Part shown: piece by piece, positions 1-8,580 of the stretch
Layout of the letters: each line of letters begins with the position of its first letter
How positions within the stretch are numbered: the stretch's first letter is position 1
From: an uncultured Chloroflexia bacterium
GTDB lineage: Bacteria > Chloroflexota > Anaerolineae > Anaerolineales > Anaerolineaceae
Direction: 5' to 3'
NCBI GenBank assembly: GCA_963704755.1
Contig: OY969938.1
Location: 4,710,001 to 4,742,000, forward strand
DNA length: 32,000 bases
The notes under the pieces: model-generated
Told to the model about the DNA's origin: nothing
The model's input: the letters and a program-made list of their open reading frames with translations, nothing else
Databases searched by the model: none
Made by a program: the position numbers and the translations under genes

Positions 1-1668
1 TACATGAAGGCCAAAGAGAACGGCACGAAATTTATCGTTATCGACCCGCTCAAGACCGATACTGCCGTCGCTTTGGAAGCTGATTGGTACCCGATTTACC
101 CCGGTACCGATACCGCTTTGATGGCTGCCCTGGCGCACGTCATGGTGACCGAGAACCTGTACGATAAAGACTTCATGGCCAAGTACTCCGTCGGTTTCGA
201 CGAAGATACCCTGCCAGAAGGTGCCCCGGCTAACAGTTCCTGGATGGCTTACATCATGGGCCAGGCCGACGGCGTCGAGAAGACCCCCGAATGGGCTTCC
301 CAGATCACCGGTTTGCCGGTAAACAGCATCAAACAATTGGCCCGCCAGATGGCCTCCGTGAAACCCTGCGCAATGTTCCAGGGTTGGGGCTGGAACCGCC
401 GGGCTTACGGCGAGCAGCCGTGCCGCGCTCTGCCGATCCTGGCTGCCATGACCGGCAACTTCGGTATCAGCGGTGGCGGCCCAGGTATGCGCCCCAGTGG
501 TATGAGCTTCAAGATCACAGGTTTTCCTGTCCCGGCCAACCCTGTCAAGGCCGTTATCCCGGTCTTCAAGTGGCCTGATTTCGTTACCCGTGGCAGCGAG
601 ATGACCTCCGGTCTGCAAGACATGATCCGCGGCGTGGACAAGCTGGATGCCAACATGAAGTTCATGATGAACTATGGCGGCAATACCCTCCTCAACCAGC
701 ACTCCGACATCAATGGCACCGCCAAGATGCTACAGGATGAATCCTTGCTGGAGTTCATCGTCACGATCGAAGTGCAGATGACCCCGAGTGCCAAATTCTC
801 GGATATCGTCCTGCCTGATACCACCGGTTTCGAATCCGACAACATCATTACCGGTGAGGGACACGGCGAAAAAGGCAACCATGCCTGGGTGTTATACAAC
901 CATGCAGTGATCGAGCCGATGTACGAATGCCAGCCTTCCCTGTGGATTGCTGAACAACTGGCCAATCGCCTCGGTATTGGCGATGATTTCCGCGATGGTC
1001 ACACCACTGCAGAAGACTGGACCAAAGACATAATCGCCTCGGCCCAGCAGAATTACCCCGACTTCCCGTCCGAAGACGAATTCAAGAAAGTAGGCATTTA
1101 CAAAGTTTCCAGCGACCAACCGGTTATTTCGTTTGCCGACTTCGTTGCCGATCCGGATGCCAACCCTCTGAAGACCCAAACCGGGAAAATCGAGATCTAT
1201 TCTCCGTACCTGGCGAGCCTCAATTCCCCCGATGATATTCCGGCCATCCCGAAATACATCCCCGAATGGGAAGGTGTCAGCGATCCGCTGAAGGACAAAT
1301 ACCCGCTGCTGATGGAAACGACCCACTGGATCGGTCGTTCGCACTCGACCTTTGACAATGTGGATTATCTCCGCGAAGCCCATCCCCAGTGCTTCTGGAT
1401 TAACCCCATCGATGCCGAAGCGCGTGGGATCAAGAACGGCGACATGATCAAGGTCTTCAATGACCGTGGCGAAGTTCACCTTCCGGCTTACGTAACGCTC
1501 CGTGTTCGCCCAGGCGTCACCAACATGCCTCAAGGCGGCTGGTACACTCCGGACAGCAATGGGGTCGATACTCGCGGTTGTGGCAATGTTTTGACCAAGT
1601 ATCAACCGACACCCTTCGCCAAGGGGAACCCGCAGCATACCAACCTGGTTCAGGTTGCAAAGCTTTAA
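1..1668 (+). CDS. dmsA: Molybdopterin (bis-MGD) oxidoreductase catalytic subunit, DmsA/YnfE-like; C-terminal ~555 aa only, 5' end lies outside the window
   Basis: The reading frame is open from base 1. It is paralogous along its length to the full-length TAT-dependent molybdoenzyme at 8581-11280 (for example KTPEWASQITG vs KTPEWASEICG, and the C-terminal GDMIKVFNDRGEV...PGV...GGW barrel). DmsB-like, DmsC-like and TorD-like genes follow it. Confidence 0.9.
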   Translation, partial: YMKAKENGTKFIVIDPLKTDTAVALEADWYPIYPGTDTALMAALAHVMVTENLYDKDFMAKYSVGFDEDTLPEGAPANSSWMAYIMGQADGVEKTPEWASQITGLPVNSIKQLARQMASVKPCAMFQGWGWNRRAYGEQPCRALPILAAMTGNFGISGGGPGMRPSGMSFKITGFPVPANPVKAVIPVFKWPDFVTRGSEMTSGLQDMIRGVDKLDANMKFMMNYGGNTLLNQHSDINGTAKMLQDESLLEFIVTIEVQMTPSAKFSDIVLPDTTGFESDNIITGEGHGEKGNHAWVLYNHAVIEPMYECQPSLWIAEQLANRLGIGDDFRDGHTTAEDWTKDIIASAQQNYPDFPSEDEFKKVGIYKVSSDQPVISFADFVADPDANPLKTQTGKIEIYSPYLASLNSPDDIPAIPKYIPEWEGVSDPLKDKYPLLMETTHWIGRSHSTFDNVDYLREAHPQCFWINPIDAEARGIKNGDMIKVFNDRGEVHLPAYVTLRVRPGVTNMPQGGWYTPDSNGVDTRGCGNVLTKYQPTPFAKGNPQHTNLVQVAKL

Positions 1669-1681
1669 GAGGAGATGAACC

Positions 1682-2317
1682 ATGGCTAAACAATATGCAT
1701 TTTATGTGAACCTCGAGGCCTGCTCGGGTTGTAAAGCCTGCCAGGTGGCCTGCAAGGATAAAAACGATCTTCCAGAAGGGCTGCGCTGGCGGCGTGTGAT
1801 GGAATACGAAAGTGGCCAATGGGTGCCGCAGGATGGTGACTTCATCCCCAGCAACGTTTCGGTCAGTTTCATCTCGACGGCCTGCATGCACTGCGAAGAT
1901 CCAATTTGTATGAAAGTCTGCCCGACCGAGGCCATCTACAAACGCGACGATGGCATCGTGTTGATCGACCAGACCCGCTGCGTTGGCTGCCGGTACTGCT
2001 CGTGGGCGTGCCCATACGGCGCTCCGCAGTGGAACCCGACCTCTGGCGTTATGACCAAATGCACTATGTGCAGCGACCTCGTCGATCAGGGCCAGCGCCC
2101 GGCTTGTGTCGAAGCCTGCCCGTTACGCGCCCTCGATTTCGGTACGCTCGATGAGCTTCAGGCGAAATATGGCACGTTCAATGATCCTGCCCCGTTACCC
2201 GATCCGTCCATCACTCACCCCTCGGTAGTTTATGGCCCTAACCAGAGTACTCAAAACTCGGATAAAGGCACCGGGCATATTATGAACCTGGAGGAGATTG
2301 CTAATGAACACGCATGA
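1682..2317 (+). CDS. dmsB: 4Fe-4S ferredoxin-type electron-transfer subunit, DmsB-like
   Basis: It has four Cys clusters (CSGCKACQVAC, CMHCEDPICMKVCP, CVGCRYCSWACP, CTMCSDL...ACVEACP). The start lies 13 nt after the dmsA stop and is preceded by GAGGAG. Confidence 0.9.
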   Translation: MAKQYAFYVNLEACSGCKACQVACKDKNDLPEGLRWRRVMEYESGQWVPQDGDFIPSNVSVSFISTACMHCEDPICMKVCPTEAIYKRDDGIVLIDQTRCVGCRYCSWACPYGAPQWNPTSGVMTKCTMCSDLVDQGQRPACVEACPLRALDFGTLDELQAKYGTFNDPAPLPDPSITHPSVVYGPNQSTQNSDKGTGHIMNLEEIANEHA

Positions 2318-3206
2318 GTGGGCGTTAATTGTCTTTACCATCCTGAACCAGCTTGCGGTTGGTTCGATGCTGGTCATGGTGATCCTGCACACTTATATCA
2401 CCAATAAAAAGGGTGCGGAACTGGCCAACAAAATAAGCAACAAGATCGTGTACTATATGGTACCGGTCGTGGTCGTCGCAACGCTGGCTTCCCTGTTCCA
2501 CCTGGGATACCCGCTGCATGCACCCTACGCAATTACTCACCTGGGTTCTTCCTGGTTGAGCCGCGAGATCCTTGGCGATCTGCTCTTCGCCGGCCTGGTA
2601 GTTGTGCTGGCCTTCCTGCAGTGGCGTAACCTTGGTTCTGCGAGCCTGCGGAAAGCACTTGCCTGGATTGCTGCGATTGTGGGCCTGGTTCTGGTGTACA
2701 TCATGTCCAGCGTCTACATGCTGCCGACTGAGCCCTACTGGAATACCTTCGCCACCCCGGTCCTGTTCTACTGCACCGCTTTCTTGCTCGGTTCACTGGC
2801 CGATGGCGTCATCCTGGCGCTCAGCAGCAAATCCGCGAACGCTGCGGATGAGTCCGGCCTGGTGCGGGATGCCATGCGCGGTATCGCAATCACCGCGATT
2901 GTCTTCCTGGGCATCGAGCTGGTCGTCACCCCCATCATGATTGCTTTTGTCTCGACAACCGGCGCTGCCGGTGTTGCCAGCGCTAATATGCTGATCGGAT
3001 CGTACGGTGTGCTGTTCGTCCTGCACCTGATCCTGGCCTTCATTGGCGCCGGTGTGTTCGGTGTGTTCCTCTATCGGAACGCCGTCAATAACGGCCACGA
3101 AAAGACTATTGCCTATCTCGCTTACAGCGCCTTCGCAATTGTCCTGGTAGCCGAAGTTTTGGGCCGCTTCCTGTTCTACGCCGCCCGCGTCCGCATCGGT
3201 ATCTAG
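2304..3206 (+). CDS. dmsC: DmsC-type integral membrane anchor subunit (8 predicted helices)
   Basis: The N-terminus MNTHEWALIVFTILNQLAVG matches the DmsC signature (HEWxL..FT...Q.AVG), and the protein is hydrophobic throughout. I chose ATG 2304 by analogy with the paralogue, which starts MNTREWAL at 11918. The ORF track starts at TTG 2298. Confidence 0.85.
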   Translation: MNTHEWALIVFTILNQLAVGSMLVMVILHTYITNKKGAELANKISNKIVYYMVPVVVVATLASLFHLGYPLHAPYAITHLGSSWLSREILGDLLFAGLVVVLAFLQWRNLGSASLRKALAWIAAIVGLVLVYIMSSVYMLPTEPYWNTFATPVLFYCTAFLLGSLADGVILALSSKSANAADESGLVRDAMRGIAITAIVFLGIELVVTPIMIAFVSTTGAAGVASANMLIGSYGVLFVLHLILAFIGAGVFGVFLYRNAVNNGHEKTIAYLAYSAFAIVLVAEVLGRFLFYAARVRIGI

Positions 3207-3228
3207 TTCGCGCAGATACTTAGGAGCT

Positions 3229-3271
3229 AAATTCCTGGGCGAGAAGGGTTTTCCTTCGAGCCCAGGAATTT
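3229..3271 (+). other. Intercistronic stem-loop between dmsC and the chaperone gene (12-bp perfect outer stem plus 5-bp inner stem)
   Basis: AAATTCCTGGGC (3229-3240) pairs with GCCCAGGAATTT (3260-3271). An inner GAAGG/CCTTC stem closes a GTTTT loop. No T-tract follows. Confidence 0.5.
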
Positions 3272-3526
3272 CCACCAAATTGAAATCGAAAACATTAATG
3301 GTAATCACGTTTTTGGATGTGAATTTTTTCGAGAAGAGGTATGCGTGGGAGGGTAACTTCCGTACGTGCACCTCTTTTGCGTCAATTTGTAACAGAATTT
3401 GTGCAGTGATGATTCGCTTGAAGAAACTCCAAAACCCGGTGCAAATGATTTCGCATAATCTTTTCTGGACCGTCAGGCTATTTCAAGAGATTCAATGATA
3501 TTTATATCTACAAAGAGGAAAATCAG

Positions 3527-4228
3527 ATGATGGCAATTTACGATAACGAAAAATGGACAGAAATGCTGACGGGTGAAAGTCTTCTGTTAGCAGTACTGGG
3601 GAAAATCCTCTACACTGCACCGAATCGGGATTGGCTGGAATCTTTGGTCCAGAGCGACCTTTTTGTCGAACCGCCCTTCGGTGAAAACCATCCTCTGGTT
3701 AAGCAGGGGTTCGAAATGATGCAGAATTGGTGCGCGCAGAATTCTGACAGGCTTTCGAAAGAAGAATATACTGCCCTTCAAGATGATTTTTTGCGTTTGT
3801 TTATTGGTTTAGACACGGTGCTTGCGCCTGTATGGGAATCGGTGTACTTCAACGAAGACCACCTGGTTTTCCAGCAACAAACCTTCGAGGTGCGTAACTG
3901 GTATCGCCGCTATGGCGCTGAGATCGAAAATTTCCGCAAAGAGCCGGATGATCATATTGGCCTGGAACTTATTTTTGTGGCCTACCTGGCTCAACGTGCG
4001 TTGGAAGACCTGAATAATCAAGACGAATCTTCTTTCGAAGAAAACATTACCGCCCAGCGCCAGTTTATGGACGAACATTTGCTTCGATTTGCCCCTGCCT
4101 GGTACGACCTGGTCGAGGAGCATGCCAAAACAACTTTTTACCAGGCAATTGGATATATAATTCGCGGGGCTTTACAATCAGCCGAAGAAATGTTAAAGGC
4201 GGATATTAAAGAAGGAGCGGCTGCGTGA
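3527..4228 (+). CDS. TorD/DmsD-family redox-enzyme maturation chaperone
   Basis: It is 233 aa and carries the family-typical F.RLF.G..........ES.Y and EPDDHIGLEL..... motifs. It sits directly after dmsABC, and GAGG precedes the ATG. Confidence 0.85.
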   Translation: MMAIYDNEKWTEMLTGESLLLAVLGKILYTAPNRDWLESLVQSDLFVEPPFGENHPLVKQGFEMMQNWCAQNSDRLSKEEYTALQDDFLRLFIGLDTVLAPVWESVYFNEDHLVFQQQTFEVRNWYRRYGAEIENFRKEPDDHIGLELIFVAYLAQRALEDLNNQDESSFEENITAQRQFMDEHLLRFAPAWYDLVEEHAKTTFYQAIGYIIRGALQSAEEMLKADIKEGAAA

Positions 4229-5430
4229 ACTTTGTCTCGGCTGCGGATCGGTTAGCATCTTTTATGCGCCCGGATATCGTCCTTGATCCGACCCGGTGTT
4301 TCTACAGCACGGATCGATTTTCAAGCTGCCAGGCGTGCTACGATGTTTGCCTGGCAGAAGCGATCCTGCCCGGGAAACCACCGCGTTTGGACGAGAATAA
4401 ATGCCAGGGCTGTTCGGCCTGCTTACCGGTTTGTCCGCGTGAGGCTTTTCAGTCAAACGATACCATAGAACCGTTGATGTCTGCGGTAAAACGCGGGCCT
4501 GCGCCCGAATTGGACCTGTTTTGCACCCGAAATCCCAATGGGAAAGTCGGCCCGGCTGAGAGCGCCGGCTATCGGGTTGAAGGCTGCCTGGCCGGGCTGG
4601 GAGCCGGATCGTACATGCGTCTCGTCTCGATGGGTTTCCGGCGGGTTTCGGTCCGCTTGGATGCTTGCCAGGACTGCCCGTGGAGTTCGCTCAGCCAGCG
4701 TGTGGAAGGCCAGGTTGACATGGCTAAAAAGATGCTGGCCATGTGGGGCAAAGAAGATGCGCTTGTTTCAGTTGCGGAGTTAGACCAGCCGCTGGAACGT
4801 CCCTTGTGGGACAAGGAAACCAACCAAAAAGGGATTTCCCGCCGCGATTTCTTCCGGACGCTCATTCCAATCGCGCAGGAAAACGATCAGGCGGATTTGC
4901 AGAATAAACGAGCCATCGCAAATGGGGAAAGATTGGGCCGGGAGCGGCTGCGCCTCCTGCAGGCCACCGTGAGCCTGGACACGCCCGCAATCGATTCACC
5001 TGAATTCCTCGAGCGCCTGGATTTTGCCACACTTACGATCTCGGAGGAGTGTACGGTTTGCCAGGCCTGTGCCCGTGTCTGCCCTACCCGTGCGATCCGT
5101 TACGCGACCGACCAGGCTGAAACGAGATACCAGCTCAATTTCCTGGCCGAAGCCTGTATCGGTTGCGAGGCATGCCTTCACGTTTGTAATCCCGCGGCTA
5201 TTCATATTAATCACACCCCCTTGCCTTCCGAGGTTTTCGCCTCCGGTGAGGTGAAGACCTTATGGCAAGGAAAATTAGCGCGTTGCGAGCGCTGTCACGG
5301 CACATTTGGCGCCCAGGAAGGCAAACGAATGTGTCCGTCCTGTGAATACCGGGCCAGCCATCCCTTTGGTTCGATGTTCCCTATTAATGGTAAGGGTATG
5401 CCAATACCCCCAGAAAAGAAAGAGAAGTAA
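4225..5430 (+). CDS. Multi-cluster 4Fe-4S ferredoxin-domain protein (NapF-like candidate maturation ferredoxin) with a C-terminal Cys4 ribbon
   Basis: The GTG start overlaps the chaperone stop (GTGA). Motifs are CQGCSACLPVCP, CTVCQACARVCP, CIGCEACLHVCNP and a terminal CERCHG...CPSCEY. There is an internal SRRDFFR twin-arginine-like motif at aa 205-211. Confidence 0.8.
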   Translation: MNFVSAADRLASFMRPDIVLDPTRCFYSTDRFSSCQACYDVCLAEAILPGKPPRLDENKCQGCSACLPVCPREAFQSNDTIEPLMSAVKRGPAPELDLFCTRNPNGKVGPAESAGYRVEGCLAGLGAGSYMRLVSMGFRRVSVRLDACQDCPWSSLSQRVEGQVDMAKKMLAMWGKEDALVSVAELDQPLERPLWDKETNQKGISRRDFFRTLIPIAQENDQADLQNKRAIANGERLGRERLRLLQATVSLDTPAIDSPEFLERLDFATLTISEECTVCQACARVCPTRAIRYATDQAETRYQLNFLAEACIGCEACLHVCNPAAIHINHTPLPSEVFASGEVKTLWQGKLARCERCHGTFGAQEGKRMCPSCEYRASHPFGSMFPINGKGMPIPPEKKEK

Positions 5431-5434
5431 CCCC

Positions 5435-6757
5435 ATGATTATCGACCTGGATGAACGAACCATTAGCGAAGTCCGCAATCCTGATTTAAAATCCTATGCT
5501 GGAAAATATATCCAGATTTATCAAGATTTTATGCAGCAGGTCAGCCAGACGGGCATCGACGTTGACCCGCTGGATGACCGCGAGCAAGCTGCTGAAAAGC
5601 GGGCGATCCTGAAAAAAAAGGGCGTCCAGGTTCGTAACGATTCGAAAAGCCTGTTTCTCAATCGCATTTCGCCGGCCTGCCAGGCTTGCCAGAACGGCGT
5701 CGGCTCGGCGACATTTTTTGTGTCGTTACGCTGCCACAGAAACTGCTTTTATTGTTTCAACCCCAATCAGGAAGATTACGAATATTACCAGCAGAATAAT
5801 CGTGACCTGCCGGCCGAGCTGAAACAACTCCGCGAACAAGGTGAACGGCTGCGCTTCGCCGCTTTGACCGGTGGTGAGCCTTTGCTTTTCAAACCGGAAA
5901 CGATGGATTTCTTCAAGAATGCGCGCGACGTATTTCCGGGGGTATACACCCGGTTGTACACCAGCGGTGACCAGATCGACGAAAGCACGTTGCAAGATTT
6001 GAAGGATGCCAGGCTGGATGAGATTCGTTTTAGCATCCGCATGTACGACCTGGCCAAAGGCCGCGATGCGACCATCAACCGGATCGCCCTGGCGCGGAAG
6101 TACATCCCCAACGTGATGGTCGAGATGCCGGTTCTGCCCAACACCCTGGAAGAGATGAAGGAAATTTTGACCCGCCTGGACCAGCTCGGCATTTTTGGGA
6201 TCAACTTGCTGGAATTTTGTTATCCTTATCATAATGCCAACATCTTCCGCATGAAAAATTACAAGGTCAAGCCGCACCCCTTCCGGGTTCTATACGACTA
6301 TTGGTACGCTGGTGGGTTGCCGGTAGCCGGCAGCGAAATGGAATGCCTGGACCTGCTGGATTTCGCCGTGGAATCGAAAATGAAAATGGGCGTCCATTAC
6401 TGCTCGCTGGAAAACAAACACACCGGCCAGATGTTCAAGCAAAACAGTGAAATCCGCCTGCCGGGAGTGTATTCCTTCTCGCAAAAAGATTATTTCATCA
6501 AATCGGCTAAGGTGTTCGGCGACGATATTCCACTGGTGTTGGATACCTTCAAGAAAGATGGATTCAAAAATTACCAGCTCAATCAGGAACATGGGTACCT
6601 TGAATTTTCGCTCGACAAAGTGGCGGCAATCCGGAATTTGGATGTCGAAGCAGGCCTGGCTTATTATGTGTGCGAAACCAGGGAAGGGGATCAATATTTA
6701 CGGGAACTCAAAGTAGATTTGATCGACCCGCAAAAGATGCATATGTCTGACTTCTAA
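5435..6757 (+). CDS. Radical SAM enzyme of unknown specificity
   Basis: It carries the CX3CX2C motif (CHRNCFYC), preceded by an extra CQACQ pair and followed by a GGEPLL SAM-binding motif. ATG 5435 lies 4 nt after the upstream stop. The track start at 5306 would overlap the ferredoxin gene by 125 nt. Confidence 0.85.
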   Translation: MIIDLDERTISEVRNPDLKSYAGKYIQIYQDFMQQVSQTGIDVDPLDDREQAAEKRAILKKKGVQVRNDSKSLFLNRISPACQACQNGVGSATFFVSLRCHRNCFYCFNPNQEDYEYYQQNNRDLPAELKQLREQGERLRFAALTGGEPLLFKPETMDFFKNARDVFPGVYTRLYTSGDQIDESTLQDLKDARLDEIRFSIRMYDLAKGRDATINRIALARKYIPNVMVEMPVLPNTLEEMKEILTRLDQLGIFGINLLEFCYPYHNANIFRMKNYKVKPHPFRVLYDYWYAGGLPVAGSEMECLDLLDFAVESKMKMGVHYCSLENKHTGQMFKQNSEIRLPGVYSFSQKDYFIKSAKVFGDDIPLVLDTFKKDGFKNYQLNQEHGYLEFSLDKVAAIRNLDVEAGLAYYVCETREGDQYLRELKVDLIDPQKMHMSDF

Positions 6758-6832
6758 TTTGAAGATTACCCGTCAGTCGTTTGGAAACTTTTTTAAAAGA
6801 AGTAGTTAAGAACGTTGGGAGATAAACAAACA

Positions 6833-7480
6833 ATGGATCTCATCCTAGGGCAAACCCCATTTTCGGAAATTTTGGTAAAGTCGGCCGAACAGCATAAGCA
6901 TATTTGCCCGCGCCAGATTCTGGGCGTGAGAATGGGTTTGTATGCCGGCCAGCTCTTGAATCTTGAGCTGCCCGATTTGAAGAAACGCCTGTACGCGTTT
7001 GTGGAAACGAACGGCTGCATGCTGGATGGAATTGTGGCCGGCACCGGCTGTGCAGTCGGCCGGCGGACGATGTACATTTATGATTTTGGCAAGATGGCGG
7101 CCACGTTTGTTGATTCACAGACCCAACAGGCTGTGCGAATTATACCCAGCTCACAATCCAGAAAATTGCGCGATCAGTATGCCCCCAAGGATCTAGGCCG
7201 CTGGCCGTCCTATGTTTATGCGTACCAGATCGCACCCCAGGAAGAGTTGTTCGTGACCCAGTCGGTCAAGCTGACCGTCTCTTTAGAGGCGCTCATCAGC
7301 CACGAGACGGCCCGGGCCGTGTGTGAGCGCTGTGGCGAAGAAATAACGAACGAACGCGAAGTCCATCAAAACGGTAAGGTACTTTGCCGGTCTTGCGCCG
7401 GTGAAGCTTATTATGCAGTAGAAAGCAGCGACGTTGAACCGGAATATTTATCGCGGGTCAACGCGGGTGTAAATAATTAA
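6833..7480 (+). CDS. FmdE-family protein with a C-terminal zinc ribbon
   Basis: HICPRQILGVRMG and NGCMLDGIVAGTGCAVGRR match the FmdE-domain signatures, and the C-terminus has CERCGEE...CRSC. ATG 6833 is preferred over TTG 6815. Confidence 0.8.
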   Translation: MDLILGQTPFSEILVKSAEQHKHICPRQILGVRMGLYAGQLLNLELPDLKKRLYAFVETNGCMLDGIVAGTGCAVGRRTMYIYDFGKMAATFVDSQTQQAVRIIPSSQSRKLRDQYAPKDLGRWPSYVYAYQIAPQEELFVTQSVKLTVSLEALISHETARAVCERCGEEITNEREVHQNGKVLCRSCAGEAYYAVESSDVEPEYLSRVNAGVNN

Positions 7481-7572
7481 TCCCGCTGATAGGAAAGAAC
7501 TTCAAATTCGGGAACGTCTTGCATAAGCGCGTTTTACTAATCCGGAACGAATTGTATAATTAGCAGGTGTTA

Positions 7573-8199
7573 ATGAAACTTAGCGTCATTATTCAAGCAG
7601 GTGGTGAATCTCGTCGTATGGGCTGCAATAAAGCCCTGGTGCCTTTCATGGGCCAGCCGATGATCCAACGGGTAATCGCGCGGGTTGCTCCCGTAGCGGA
7701 TGAGCTACTGATTACCAGCAACCAACCCGAAGACCTGGCCTTTTTACAGTTCCCGGCTTACACCGACCTGGTCCCTGGCCGGGGAGCCCTGGTGGGACTG
7801 TACACAGCCTTGAGTATTGCCCATTTCCCGCTGGTGGCGGTGGTTGCCTGTGATATGGCGTTTGCTAATTTCGCTATTCTGGCCGCCGAGCGAGATATGC
7901 TGTTGGCCCAAGACGCCGATGCAGTAGTACCACAAACCAATTGTGGCTATGAACCCTTCCACGCAATCTATCGCCGGGAAGAATGCCTGCAAGCGGTCAA
8001 GACAGCCCTGGATGCGGGTTATAAACGGGCCAATTCCTGGTACAAGAACGTCAAAATGGTGCCTTTTACGGCTCAGCAAATTGCCCGGTACGATCCGCAA
8101 GGCGAGGCATTTATCAATATTAATACTCCCGAGGAATTGGCCTATGCCACCAAAATGGTCCTGGACCAATCGATGGAGAAAGTTCCCCAGGCAGCTTAG
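7573..8199 (+). CDS. mobA: Molybdenum cofactor guanylyltransferase
   Basis: The N-terminus LSVIIQAGGESRRMG..KAL matches the LAGG.S.RMG motif. The protein is about 208 aa with an internal ACDMAF motif. Confidence 0.9.
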   Translation: MKLSVIIQAGGESRRMGCNKALVPFMGQPMIQRVIARVAPVADELLITSNQPEDLAFLQFPAYTDLVPGRGALVGLYTALSIAHFPLVAVVACDMAFANFAILAAERDMLLAQDADAVVPQTNCGYEPFHAIYRREECLQAVKTALDAGYKRANSWYKNVKMVPFTAQQIARYDPQGEAFININTPEELAYATKMVLDQSMEKVPQAA

Positions 8200-8258
8200 T
8201 CCGGCAACCACGCCTGCACCCGGCGTTTAATCTGCATACGGGTGATCACAATCAAGGG
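8185..8258. repeat. 74-bp direct repeat, copy 1 (last 15 nt of mobA plus 59 nt downstream)
   Basis: 69 of 74 positions are identical to 13815-13888 at a constant offset of 5630 nt. All 5 mismatches are transitions. Confidence 0.85.
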
Positions 8259-8580
8259 GGATATGGTTAAAAACCGAGAATATACTCATTAATTAAACAC
8301 TCCAACGGGTGAGACCGAACCACACTGGCGAGGGTTTTGGTGAAAGTTAAGACGACGTATATTCTGATTGTGCAAAAATGGTAGAGAAAACGATACTGCC
8401 CGAATTAAAGCCGAGAGAGAAATTGCTGTCGTGCAGTAACGTTTACGCTCAATCCAGTCACAATCGGGAGGGGTTATCAGAATAAAAAATATACCTGTCT
8501 AACTCTCATGAAATTTGTCTGCAAATATTGAATAACCCATTAGGCAAGAACGAAAAGTGTTTTCACTCGGAGGAGAATTT

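Noticed and set aside
892-1683. A 263-aa ORF antisense to dmsA1, with similar long antisense ORFs at 9205-9684, 19780-20439, 22813-23517, 27585-28622 (345 aa) and 28916-29638.
   Set aside because: Each lies entirely inside a confidently identified gene on the opposite strand. Their compositions are low-complexity and Arg/Gly/Pro-rich, as is typical of shadow frames, and none has recognisable motifs or ribosome-binding sites.
5306-5434. An upstream start for the radical SAM gene, as given in the ORF track.
   Set aside because: It would overlap the ferredoxin gene by 125 nt in another frame. ATG 5435 follows the ferredoxin stop by 4 nt and begins a sensible N-terminus.
8260-8580. A Moco riboswitch upstream of dmsA2.
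   Set aside because: I could not identify the conserved motif elements by eye. It is left as a check under findings rather than annotated as a feature.
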